The notes under the pieces are model-generated. The model did not search any database, was not told the origin of the DNA, and saw only the letters and a program-made list of their open reading frames with translations. A program made the position numbers and the translations under genes. Shown piece after piece: positions 1 to 11,910 of a DNA stretch of 64,000 bases. Each line of letters begins with the position of its first letter. Position 1 is the first letter of the stretch. Source of the stretch: Amphiscolops sp. MND2022 (taxonomy: Eukaryota); NCBI GenBank assembly GCA_964187785.1, contig OZ076409.1, positions 45,076,001 through 45,140,000 on the forward strand, written 5' to 3'.

Positions 1-169
1 CGCCTCTGTGTTACACTTGCGATAAGCAAGTGTTATGGGAAAGTGCGGGTGTTTTTTTTCCGTGCGACAACTCTCTGATTTCACGCGGCAACTCGCACGT
101 TTCACGCGAGTAGTGGTGGTGTGTATGCCTTGAGTTTTCAGCGTAGTCGGGTCCTAAATTAAAGTAGAA

Positions 170-248
170 AAACATTTTGGTTGGTGGGGCTCGAACTCGC
201 GCCGGTGGGGTCGGAGTCAGATGGCTTACCACTGGGCCACGGTGAGCT
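170..248 (-). ncRNA. tRNA-derived Pol III unit in the left terminus (outward-facing)
   Basis: Reverse complement of the 19735-19814 unit. Confidence 0.55.
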
Positions 249-391
249 GAAATAGCTTGATTTATACTTTCATATAAAGCGTTCTGAGCTCGTAGCGGCG
301 TTTACATCAGTTTGCTGAGTATGTATTAATGGGTAGGAGGTATTTCTGCACCAATTTAAAAATGAAATTGCGTTTCAAAGATACATATACA

Positions 392-3300
392 GAAGATCGA
401 TTGCATATACCCAGTATATGCTCATGTATATCCAATCTCACCCGCTTTTGACTAGTGTTAGGGTTCTATCTCTTGGAAGGGATCACGTATAGCTTACATA
501 TGCCAAAGTATTACCAGACTTAGACACTTTTGAATGTTGTTAGCCTTCGATAAATTGGGAGATAGAGTGTATATACCCAGTGTATGCTCCTGTATGTCCA
601 ATCTCAGACACTTTTGACTAGTGTTAGCGTTCTTTAGCTTGGAAGAGATTACGTATAGCTTACATATGCCAATGTATAACCAGTCATAGACACCTTTGAA
701 TGTTGTTAGCATACTATAAAGCGGAAGAGAGACTGTATATACCCGCTATATGCTCATGTATATCCAATCTCACCCGTTTTTGACCAATGTTAGGGTTCTA
801 TCTCTTGGAAGAGATCACGTATAGCTTACATATGCCAAAGTATTACCAGACTTAGACACTTTTGAATGTTGTTAGCCTTCGATAAATTGGGAGATAAAGT
901 GTATATACCCAGTGTATGCTCCTGTGTGTCCAATCTCAGACACTTTTGACTAGTGTTAGCGTTCTTTAGCTTGGAAGAGATTACGTATAGCTTACATATG
1001 CCAATGTATAACCAGTCAAAGACACCTTTGAATGTTGTTAGCATACTATATAGCGGAAGAGAGACTGTATATAACCAGTGTATGCTCCTGTATGTCCAAT
1101 CTCAGACACTTTTGACTAGTGTTAGCGTTCTATAGCTTGGAAGAGATTACGTATAGCTTACATATGCCAATGTATAACAAGTCATAGAAACTTTTGACTG
1201 TTGTTAGCATACTATATACCAAAAAATAAACTGTATACACCTAGTACATGCTGATGTATAACTAATCTCAGACACTTTTGGCTAGTGTTAGCGTTCTATA
1301 ACTTGAAAGAGATTACCTATAGCTTACATGTGCCAAAGTATACCAATCTTAGACACGTAGTTTTCAACGTAGTCGGGTCCTAAATTAAAGTAGAAAAACA
1401 TTTCGGTTGGTGAGGCTCGAACTCGCGCCGGTGGGGTCGGAGTCAGATGGCTTACCACTGGGCCACGGTGAGCTGAAATAGCTTGATTTATACTTTCATA
1501 TAAAGCGTTCTGAGCTCGTAGCGGCGTTTACATCAGTTTGCTGAGTATGTATTAATGGGTAGGAGGTATTTCTGCACCAATTTAAAAATGAAACTGCGTT
1601 TCAAAGATACATATACAGAAGATCGATTGCATATACCCAGTATATGCTCATGTATATCCAATCTCACCCGCTTTTGACTAGTGTTAGGGTTCTATCTCTT
1701 GGTAGGGATTACCTATAGCTTACATATGCCAATTCATAACCAGTCCTCGACACTTTTGAATGTTGTCAGCATACTATATACCGGAAGATAGACTGTATAT
1801 ATCCGGTATTAGCTTATGTATATCCAATATCAGACATTTTTGGCTAGTGTTAGCGTTCTATATCTTGAAAAATATTACGTATGGCTTACATAGACCAATG
1901 TATAACCTGTCTTAGACACTTTTGAATGTTTTTAGCCTTCGATAAATTGGAAGATCGACTGTTTATACCCATTGTAAGCTCATTTATATCCAATCTCACC
2001 CGCTTTTGACTAGTGTTAGGGTTCTATATCTTGGAAGAGATTACGTATAGCTTACATATGCCAAAGTATTACCAGACTTAGACACTTTTGAATTGTTAGC
2101 ATACTATATACCGAAAGATAGACTCTATGCTCGGTATATGTTGATGTATATCCAATCTCAGACACTTTTGACTTGTGTTAGCATACTATATACCAAAAGA
2201 TAGACTGTATATACCCTGTATATGCTCATGTATATCCAATCTCAGACACGTTTGACTAGTGTTAGCGATCTATATCTTGAAAGAGAACCTATATCTTCAG
2301 CATTGTCATGTATATCTAATCTCAGACAGTTTTGCATAGTGTGTTTGCCTTTGCATAGTGTGTTTGCCTGTTGAATACTGAACGAGAGACTACCTAAATC
2401 GTGTATACGCTAATGCATACCCAATTTTAGACCCTTTAGCATGATGTTAGTCTACTATACACAGAAAATAGACTGCATACACCCTAAATAAGCTCATGTG
2501 TATACAAACATGGACACTTTTGACTAGTTTAGCGTTCTATTTATTGAAAGAGATTACCTAAACCCTCTACAATTTCTTGTATATCTAATCTTAGACACTT
2601 TTTCTTCGTGTTAGCCTATAAACACTGAAAAAAAGACTGCACAAAATGTGTATACGCTAGTGTATAACCAACCTCACACACTTTTGCATGGTTAGTCAGT
2701 ACTGTATACTGAACGATAGACTGCAAATGTCTCTTGTATATCCATCGTCAAGCAATTCTGGACAATTTTGGCTGGCATTAGCCTTCTATCTATTGGAAGA
2801 TAGACCGCATGTAACCAACAAGGACTCATGTATTTTCAATTTTGGACGGACTGCATGTAACAAGGCCTCACGTATTTTCAATTTTGGAGGGTTTCGGCTA
2901 GCAATAGCCTACTACATACCGAAAAATAGACTGCTTTTGACCTGAGTAGCGTCACTCTTATTCAATTTTAGACAATTCCAGATGCAATGTCCCAATATCT
3001 ACTGAAAGATACACTGCTCTTTAATAAATACTCTTATTTTTTGAAACTTTGACTGTTTCGACTTGTTCAAACGTACTATTTACTGAACGATGGACTGTAA
3101 ATACCCAACAGATGCTTAGGTACTTCCAATCATATGAAATTCTGGTTGGTTCTAACATGCTTCATGCTGAACGATAGATAGCAAATGTCACATGTATACT
3201 CGTATATGAACATTTTTGAACAGTTTTGGCTAGCATTAGATTTTTGTCTATTGGAAGACAGACTATATTTTCCACAGAGCCTCTTGTAATTCCAGTTCAA

Positions 3301-4360
3301 GACAGTTTAGGCTAGCAATGGCTTCCTATCTACTTCAAAATAGACGGCAAATGATCTAAAGAGCCTCTGACGTATCAACTTTCGAATGGTTGCGGCTGGT
3401 AAAGGCCTACTCTCTACTGCAAGATTCACTGCATTTTCTTATGAATGCTCATGAGTTTCGAAACTTGGACAGTTTCGACGAGTTTTAACCTACTATTTAC
3501 TGAACGATAGACTGCATATAGCAAGTATATGTTCGGGTACCTCTAATCGTAAACGGTTCTGACCGTTTCAACCTCCTATATGCTGAGCGATAAACTGCAA
3601 CTATCCTATGTATTACCGTATATGAACATTTTTACACAGTATTGGCTAGGATTAGCCTACTGTTTATTGAAGGACAGACTGCATTTAACCTACAAAACCT
3701 CTCGTATGTAGTTTAAGACAGTTCTGGCTAGCAAAAGCAAACTACAAGCTGAAAATGTTAGCTTTTGACCGAAATAGCGTCACATATATCCAGTTTTAGA
3801 CGATTGCGGCCGGCAAAGGCCTACTTTCTACTGCGACATAGACTCATAGACAGCTTTTATCTTATAAATGCTCATGAATTTCCAGTCTTGAATAGGTTCG
3901 ACTGAAGTTAACCTACTATATGATGAAAGATGGACTGTATAAATCCAATCTATGCGTACCAACTACAAATCGTAGAATTTTTTGGCTAGTTTGGATCTGT
4001 GTTGAACGATACACTGCATGTGTCTATTATATACCCATCTTCAAACAGTTTTAGGTACTTTTGGATAGCTTTAGCCTACTACATCCTAGAAATTCCTAGA
4101 AAGTATATTTTCAGCTGATGCTCATGTACATTAAATTTTAGACGCTTTCGGCCGGTACCCGCTCAGTGTGAATGGACAGACTGTCTGATAGAAAGATAGA
4201 ATAGAGAGATAAATTAAGATTTAGATGAATACCGTACATGCTTTTTTAAAAATCGAACCCAATCCTTGACACTTTTGGCTGGTGTTAGCCTGGTAAGTTA
4301 TGAACAATCGACTGTTTTTACCCTGTATAGGCCCAGTTACATGCAATCATAGGAAGTGGA
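392..4360 (+). repeat. 166-bp tandem satellite (two ~83-bp subunits), homogeneous near the terminus and decaying inward; interrupted at ~1358-1620 by a second copy of the terminal block
   Basis: ACCCAG/ACCCGC recurs at 409, 575 and 741 (period 166). Near-identical spurious ORFs 494-712 and 826-1044 are 332 bp apart. Half-unit motifs CTTTTGACTAGTGTTAG and CTTTTGAATGTTGTTAG alternate. Degenerate copies continue to ~4.3 kb; the inner boundary is approximate. Confidence 0.85.
1394..1474 (-). ncRNA. Inner copy of the tRNA-derived Pol III unit, left arm
   Basis: Lies in the duplicated terminal block ~1358-1620 and mirrors 17494-17573. Confidence 0.55.
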
Positions 4361-5061
4361 ATCGTATCAATTGTGGCAGATGCACTGCATATTCTTTATT
4401 TATGCTTGCGCACAGTCAAACATAGTTTTTGGGTTTCCAAGTGTTTGGATTGTCTTCATCTATTTTCAGCAATTTATTCAGGGTGGTTATGTGTTGAATT
4501 AAACAGTTATACAGTCTTTTCCAGACACTTCTTTCGGATAACAAAGCACGATGTTGGATCACTAGCAACGCTAGATGCGAATCGAGAACGAGTTAGATGT
4601 AAATATGAAAAATTCACGTCTAACAATTGCATTCATCATGTTTAATCGTGCTGAAACATGAATCAGCACACAGAAAAGAAGAGTGACCATTCATTGTTGC
4701 GGAGTCAGTTTCAAGTGTTCTCAGCGTGACGCTCCAGACCTGAGCCTTCGTAAACACATCTACGCAGTCAACGGTCAATATTCAGGCGGTTTGATTCGAA
4801 CTGATAACGAGCCTTGTTAGTTTCATTGAATAATATCCGTCAAAAACCTATTTGCTTGAGTTTTGTCAGTTCCATATTTCAATAAAGCAGAACTCTAGTT
4901 TAAAGTTCGATTTGAAATCTTTTTCGTTTTATCTTCCTTCGAAACTTCATTTTCCACTGACTGCAATTTTTTCCGCTGATGTTCTTATGTTTCCAACATC
5001 ACAGTTTTTGATATTTTTCAGATACTCGTTTTGAAAGTAACCTGCGACCTGTGATACAACC

Positions 5062-5412
5062 ATGATTTTTGGTACGACATTGGTGAAAGATCAAGAAATC
5101 GGAGATGCATATGTTGATGTGGCTACATCCGAAAAAAGGCTGATCCGAGTCACCACAAACACGTATCAAAGTTCTGGCGGCACTTACATCACAATAAAAT
5201 TGTTCAAACGGAGAGATGATCGGGACAACTTTTGTATGCAACAAAGGGTAGCACTGACTGTTAAAGAATTTCAACTTTTGATGGCAAATACAGAGAATAT
5301 ACGATTAGGACCTGTGAGCTCTGAAGACGCAATGAGGGAGAAGCCAAACAAGCGAGTCAAAGAAAACAATCCGGATGTGCCGGGGAAAAAAAGCAAAGAG
5401 ACCACGATATGA
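5062..5412 (+). CDS. PC4/Sub1-like ssDNA-binding protein, 116 aa (left arm)
   Basis: KRLIRVTTNTYQSSGGTYITIKLFKR...QQRVALTVKEFQLLMANTENI matches by eye the PC4 fold pattern (V-x-V strand, I-x-I-R/K strand, I/V-x-L-T-x-x-E/Q-W/F-x-x-L helix). ATG-initiated and open in both arms. Confidence 0.55.
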   Translation: MIFGTTLVKDQEIGDAYVDVATSEKRLIRVTTNTYQSSGGTYITIKLFKRRDDRDNFCMQQRVALTVKEFQLLMANTENIRLGPVSSEDAMREKPNKRVKENNPDVPGKKSKETTI

Positions 5413-5775
5413 AAGACAACTAATCTCTAAATCTTTCTGAAGTCATGATTTTTTACATATTGCTGTATTTGGTTTTCCGTTCACTCTATTCTGGCTAATA
5501 AATTGTATTCATGAAAACTTTGAGTCGTCTTCACAGATTGGTGGAGTACAAACCGTTACTCTACATGTTTGAAAAGTGATAAGTGGTGGGTTTTCAAGTT
5601 GACATTTGCACCTCATTCAAAGATTTAAAACGAGCAAAAAATCACTAGTGTTGGTTCGTCTACTGAGTCAAATTGAAGGTTGTAATCTTAGTCGCGATTT
5701 GCATGTAGTAGAATTGTTCAGCCATGTTTCTGTTCAATCAGTTGCATTCGCTATAGATAATGTTTCAGAAATTCA

Positions 5776-6372
5776 TTGGTTTGTGAAAAAATCATGGTTG
5801 AAGCAATGCACGAACAACATCCTGATTATTTCAAACAGCATCGAAAAAATTTCCGGTACCTCATGCTTGAAAATGAACCAAGGATTGGACTGGATATTCC
5901 ATCGGGATCAAACTATGCGTTCGGTTTTCATGCGTCGACTTCTGATCATCTCTGTGGTTTTGATAAACCATCACATTACCATGTTCTTTTTGAATGTGAT
6001 TCGGAGAAGAGGAAGAGTTACAACGTACCTTGCCTCTACTCAACATTCTGTCTCTTGTTAGCGGACTGCTCCGGCTTCGTAATGCATGGAGAAGTGATGA
6101 AACGATTGCATATGGCGATGCAGTACAACGTGAAAGAGAACAAAATGTTGCTGACCCAGGCTCGACGTAAAGTTCCCCTGGTTCAAATCAGGTGAGACAA
6201 AAGTACTCAAACTTGTGTTTTACCAACTGTTTCACTTATAAGATTCCAGCGACTGTCCCAAGGCCCCTCTGCTTCAACTTTGTACAAAATATTAGACATT
6301 CTTGATCATGGTTACAGGTGTATTAGCTCTAGTAGCTTATATTTCTCATTTGATGCTTCTGAAACGTCATAA
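5776..6372 (+). pseudogene. Left-arm copy of the HUH-motif ORF with a premature stop
   Basis: CGA>TGA at 6193-6195 relative to the mirror copy; the frame continues DKSTQTC... to TAA at ~6372. Confidence 0.55.
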
Positions 6373-7121
6373 TCTGTCCGCAATGCTTCTTATGGTTAAT
6401 TTTTGATCTCGAATTTAATCTGCATTCACAACTTTTTTTTTGAAAACTTACATTGATTGCGCTTAGCTAGTAAAAGGGTTTTCACGCATTGGATATTAGG
6501 CAGAACGATCCTCACATCTTGGATGATCCAGTGTAACTTCAATTTCCATTTTGGATTGAGTCAGAAAAGCAAGAGTCACTGAAAAAGAAAAAAAACAGCA
6601 AAAATGTAGCTGAAGTGGTACAAGTTTTAACAATTTAGTTTATTGCAGTTACTAACATACTTCGATTGAGTCTTGTGGTTGAGTGATAAAAACGGTTACA
6701 AAGCTAAATCGGTTTGATAGGCGTTCAAGCATTAACTTGTTCAGAAGTTGAATTTCATAAACATCTGGCTAAGTGCTTGGTGCTTAATTGTTTATATTTG
6801 TTTATCAATCTCCCTATCTCGGTCTCTCGCTAATCTAGTGAGTTAGTTCTGTAAAGTGACTTTTTGACCAACAAAACGGATTTTCTTTCATTTTCTCTGC
6901 TGCCCAGATACCATGAAACTACCGTTGCAGACTTTCAGATGTATCAACAATCACTCAAGATTCACGTTTTACGAAACTTGGTTTACCAGAACAATAGCAA
7001 TAGTCGAAGTAGATTTATGGGAAGACGTTTGGTCAATCAAAAGCTCAGTTTCAATTCCGAAAGATTTGTTTTCACTGTGAGAACTGAATGTTCGCCAAAG
7101 ATTACACCCCAAACTACCAAC

Positions 7122-7502
7122 ATGACGGACACAGTCGAAGAACCGTTCTCGACCACTACAGTCTATGATCGGTTCGAGTTACCCCCAGCCGTGCGGCAGC
7201 TGCTTTACGATATTGACTGCCGGAATGTGCCTTTTTCGGAAAACCAGATGGGCTACCTGTCAGACATGGAAACACTGGAATGGTACTGGGGTATCAAAGG
7301 TTCGCCCGAGTCACCTGACGATGGTTCAACCAGTCTTTACAACAATATAGGTGACGCAAAGCAAGTGTGTGCATCTGAGACACCAAAGAAACCAGAAATC
7401 ATCACATTGAAGGATTGCCCTCCAGCCCCAAAGAAAATGAAAAAGAGTGAAGGTGAAAAACCGACTTTTCAAGTGTCACAGTTGGACGTGACAGGGTTGT
7501 GA
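7122..7502 (+). CDS. 126-aa orphan protein (MTDTVEEPF...), with TPKK and CPPAPKK motifs
   Basis: The portion from ATG 7122 is open in both arms, while the upstream extensions differ by a frameshift. GC content is higher than the flanks. Confidence 0.5.
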   Translation: MTDTVEEPFSTTTVYDRFELPPAVRQLLYDIDCRNVPFSENQMGYLSDMETLEWYWGIKGSPESPDDGSTSLYNNIGDAKQVCASETPKKPEIITLKDCPPAPKKMKKSEGEKPTFQVSQLDVTGL

Positions 7503-7875
7503 CGAACTTACAATAGTGTTTCAGTTTTCCGTTTGTGTAACTCTGTCTTCGTTTTTTATTGTATATTTCATTACTCTTTGAAAAATTCCTCAAAAGATTT
7601 GAATTCAATTAATCAAATTTTCTAAGTTTCCAGAAGAGCTGTTAGCGTTATACCCTAGTTATGAGGAAGGTAATAGGACTTTCTTCAGGATGAAAGTGAA
7701 AGTTTTTGAGCTTGGAGTGAGAAATCATCAATTTGTTGAGTTCCATTGTTGCATCACTTTTGACATCTTTGATTCGGCTTGCAGCGTTTCCATTTTTCAT
7801 ATTCGAGACTTTTGTGCTATAGTTCACGATTTGTAAAAAAACTCTTCCAAATAGAAGGCTCCTTGGGTCCAGGGG

Positions 7876-10121
7876 ACAATAAGAATTGCTTTCCATATTC
7901 TTTTGTCGAAAATGACTGCCTGGGTGGAACAATGAACTTGAAATGTTTGCGGAGTAAATCATCAATGATGTCTTTGACGAGTAAAGTTTTGATTATTTTT
8001 TTTTTCGGAAATTGCCACACGGAGTAGCGTTCTTCTGAGTTCATAGATTTTTTTGGATTGGTGAACATCAAAAATCTTTTCAACGATTTCGCAAATGGTT
8101 TCGTTAAATCATGGGAAACAGGAAATGCTTCCGACAACTGCCGCCAGTGGCGAGGTGTAGAAGAAGCATGGAAACCACGCTTTCCCTTTTAGCCTAGCAG
8201 TTCATAAGACGGTTCAAATATATCTCAACAGGAACATTTCTGTCACTTCGGTTCGATTATTCAATAGTGACTTGAAGACTTATCAGTTCTCTCATGATTG
8301 ACTGGCTCTTGTGAGTCCCCGTACTGATCTAAATTGGGGCTCGAGCCTCTGTGTTGAGGCAAATTGAAATTCAAAAAAATGCAATTGAACTTGTTTGACC
8401 ATCATACCTGAATGGAACCAGCAGTTTTTCAATATTAGTTTCATGTAACAAACCAATAAACAATTAGATATTGTACGACTAAAGTTCAGAATTTTACTAA
8501 CGAGCAGAGTTTTTCTTGTGAAATGAACCCAAAGGGCAGACAAAATTCTCGACAAACCGCCTTACCGAAACTGGAATTTAGACTAGAAAAAATGATTGAT
8601 GAGGTAGAATTGTGGCGTCTAATCATTAGATGCGTACGTCTCTAGTACAATTTTGAAGGTGTCAATGCAGAGGACACATTCCTCTTCATATCGATTGCCA
8701 ATCATTCTTGATTGTAAACTCCGACAAAGCAAATCAAAAATTCACTCATTGGGTTTACTCGCAAAAAAGATGATGACCTAGTTTTTGCAGATTCACTTGG
8801 GTTACCTATACACTACTACAAGCATGGTTGCGACCGGCTATCATTCGCAGACAAAAGGATAAAGCGTGGTTTCCATGCTTCTTCTACACCTCGCCANNNN
8901 NNNNNNNNNNNNNNNNNNNNNNNNNNNNNNNNNNNNNNNNNNNNNNNNNNNNNNNNNNNNNNNNNNNNNNNNNNNNNNNNNNNNNNNNNNNNNNNNNNNN
9001 NNNNNNNNNNNNNNNNNNNNNNNNNNNNNNNNNNNNNNNNNNNNNNNNNNNNNNNNNNNNNNNNNNNNNNNNNNNNNNNNNNNNNNNNNNNNNNNNACAA
9101 TAAGAATTGCTTTCCATATTCTTTTGTCGAAAATGACTGCCTGGGTGGAACAATGAACTTGAAATGTTTGCGGAGTAAATCATCAATGATGTCTTTGACG
9201 AGTAAAGTTTTGATTATTTTTTTTTTCGGAAATTGCCACACGGAGTAGCGTTCTTCTGAGTTCATAGATTTTTTTGGATTGGTGAACATCAAAAATCTTT
9301 TCAACGATTTCGCAAATGGTTTCGTTAAATCATGGGAAACAGGAAATGCTTCCGACAACTGCCGCCAGTGGCGAGGTGTAGAAGAAGCATGGAAACCACG
9401 CTTTCCCTTTTAGCCTAGCAGTTCATAAGACGGTTCAAATATATCTCAACAGGAACATTTCTGTCACTTCGGTTCGATTATTCAATAGTGACTTGAAGAC
9501 TTATCAGTTCTCTCATGATTGACTGGCTCTTGTGAGTCCCCGTACTGATCTAAATTGGGGCTCGAGCCTCTGTGTTGAGGCAAATTGAAATTCAAAAAAA
9601 TGCAATTGAACTTGTTTGACCATCATACCTGAATGGAACCAGCAGTTTTTCAATATTAGTTTCATGTAACAAACCAATAAACAATTAGATATTGTACGAC
9701 TAAAGTTCAGAATTTTACTAACGAGCAGAGTTTTTCTTGTGAAATGAACCCAAAGGGCAGACAAAATTCTCGACAAACCGCCTTACCGAAACTGGAATTT
9801 AGACTAGAAAAAATGATTGATGAGGTAGAATTGTGGCGTCTAATCATTAGATGCGTACGTCTCTAGTACAATTTTGAAGGTGTCAATGCAGAGGACACAT
9901 TCCTCTTCATATCGATTGCCAATCATTCTTGATTGTAAACTCCGACAAAGCAAATCAAAAATTCACTCATTGGGTTTTACTCGGCCGCAAAAAAGATGAT
10001 GACCTAGTTTTTGCAGATTCACTTGGGTTACCTATACACTACTACAAGCATGGTTGCGACCGGCTATCATTCGCAGACAAAAGGATAAAGCGTGGTTTCC
10101 ATGCTTCTTCTACACCTCGCC
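7876..10121. other. Assembly gap (200 N, 8897-9096) flanked by a ~1.02-kb direct duplication
   Basis: 7876-8896 is repeated at 9097-10121 (offset 1221). ORFs 8292-8555 and 9513-9776 are identical. Confidence 0.9.
9813..10086 (+). pseudogene. Truncated, degraded adenain-type (C5) cysteine protease of Polinton origin; also seen at 8592-8860
   Basis: MIDEVELWRLI...FEGVNAEDTF, then after a stop and frameshift IVNSDKANQKFTHWVLL...VFADSLGLP. This matches the Polinton/adenovirus protease pattern IVNT-x(7)-HW...F-D-S-x-G. It is cut off by the right-arm junction before the catalytic Cys. Confidence 0.7.
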
Positions 10122-10778
10122 ACTGGCGGCAGTTGTCGGAAGCATTTCCTGTTTCCCATGATTTAACGAAACCATTTGCGAAATCGTTGAAAAGATTTTT
10201 GATGTTCACCAATCCAAAAAAAATCTATGAACTCAGAAGAACGCTACTCCGTGTGGCAATTTCCGAAAAAAAAAATCAAAACTTTACTCGTCAAAGACAT
10301 CATTGATGATTTACTCCGCAAACATTTCAAGTTCATTGTTCCACCCAGGAAGTCATTTTCGACAAAAGAATATGGAAAGCAATTCTTATTGTCCCCTGGA
10401 CCCAAGGAGCCTTCTATTTGGAAGAGTTTCTTTACAAATCGTGAACTATAGCACAAAAGTCTCGAATATGAAAAATGGAAACGCTGCAAGCCGAATCAAA
10501 GATGTCAAAAGTGATGCAACAATGGAACTCAACAAATTGATGATTTCTCACTCCAAGCTCAAAAACTTTCACTTTCATCCTGAAGAAAGTCCTATTACCT
10601 TCCTCATAACTATAACGCTAACAGCGGGTATAACGCTAACAGCTCTTCTGGAAACTTAGAAAATTTGATTAGTTGAATTCAAATCTTTTGAGGAATTTTT
10701 CAAAGAGTAATGAAATATACAATAAAAAACGAAGACATAGTTACACAAACGGAAAACTGAAACACTATTGTAAGTTCG

Positions 10779-11159
10779 TCACAACCCTGTCAGGTCCAAC
10801 TGTGACACTTGAAAAGTCGGTTTTTCACCTTCACTCTTTTTCATTTTCTTTGGGGCTGGAGGGCAATCCTTCAATGTGATGATTTCTAGTTTCTTTGGTG
10901 TCTCAGATGCACACACTTGCTTTGCGTCACCTATATTGTTGTAAAGACTGGTTGAACCATCGTCAGGTGACTCGGGCGAACCTTTGATACCCCAGTACCA
11001 TTCCAGTGTTTCCATGTCTGACAGGTAGCCCATCTGGTTTTCCGAAAAAGGCACATTCCGGCAGTCAATTTCGTAAAGCAGCTGCCGCACGGCTGGGGGT
11101 AACTCGAACCGATCATAGATTATAGTGGTCGAGAACGGTTCTTCGACTGTGTCCGTCAT
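10779..11159 (-). CDS. Mirror copy of the 126-aa orphan protein
   Basis: Same frame as 7122-7502 with a few amino-acid substitutions. Confidence 0.5.
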   Translation of the reverse strand: MTDTVEEPFSTTIIYDRFELPPAVRQLLYEIDCRNVPFSENQMGYLSDMETLEWYWGIKGSPESPDDGSTSLYNNIGDAKQVCASETPKKLEIITLKDCPPAPKKMKKSEGEKPTFQVSQLDLTGL

Positions 11160-11910
11160 GTTGGTAGTTTGGGGTGTAATCTTTGGCGAACATTCAGTTC
11201 TCAGCAGTGAAAACAAATCTTTCGGAATTGAAACTGAGCTTTTGATTGACCAAACGTCTTCCCATAAATCTTCTTCGAATATTGCTATTGTTCTGGTAAA
11301 CCAAGTTTCGTAAAACGTGAATCTTGAGTGATTGTTGATACATCTTAAAGTCTGCAACGGTAGTTTCATGGTATCTGGAGAGCAGAGAAAATGAAAGAAA
11401 ATCCGTTTTGTTGGTCAAAAAGTCACTTTACAGAACTAACTCACTAGATTAGCGAGAGACCGAGATAGGGAGATTGATAAACAAATATAACCAATTAAGC
11501 ACCAAGCACTTAGCCAGATGTTTATGAAATTCAACTTCTGAGCAAGTTAATGCTTGAACGCCTATCAAACCGATTTAGCTTTGTAACCGTTTTTATCACT
11601 CAACCACAAGACTCAATCGAAGTATGTTAGTAATTGCAATAAACTAACTTGTTAAAACTTGTACCACTTCAGCTACATTTTTGCTGTTTTTTTTCTTTTT
11701 CAGTGACTCTTGCTTTTCTGACTCAATCCAAAATGGAAATTGAAGTTACACTGGATCATCCAAGATGTGAGGATCGTTCTGCCTAATATCCAATGCGTGA
11801 AAACCCTTTTACTAGCTAAGCGCAATCAATGTAAGTTTTCAAAAAAAAAAGTTGTGAATGCAGATTGAATTCGAGATCAAAAATTAACCATAAGAAGCAT
11901 TGCGGACAGA

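Larger units (their letters stand above)
109..8183 (+). repeat. Left arm of the giant inverted repeat
   Basis: Reverse complement of 10087-19873. The arm ends at GAAACCACGCTTT (8171-8183), mirrored by AAAGCGTGGTTTC at 10087. Confidence 0.93.

Noticed and set aside
494..1135. Short ORFs in the satellite (also 17022-17207, 18986-19219)
   Set aside because: By-products of the tandem repeat with no coding signal.
392..2300. CRISPR-like array
   Set aside because: Contiguous 166-bp tandem units with no unique spacers, no cas genes, and a eukaryotic context.
8184..8590. Major capsid protein C-terminal remnant in the loop
   Set aside because: Only a vague resemblance with many stops; cannot be supported without a translated search.
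8816..9358. ORFs spanning the N gap
   Set aside because: Open only because of the Ns.
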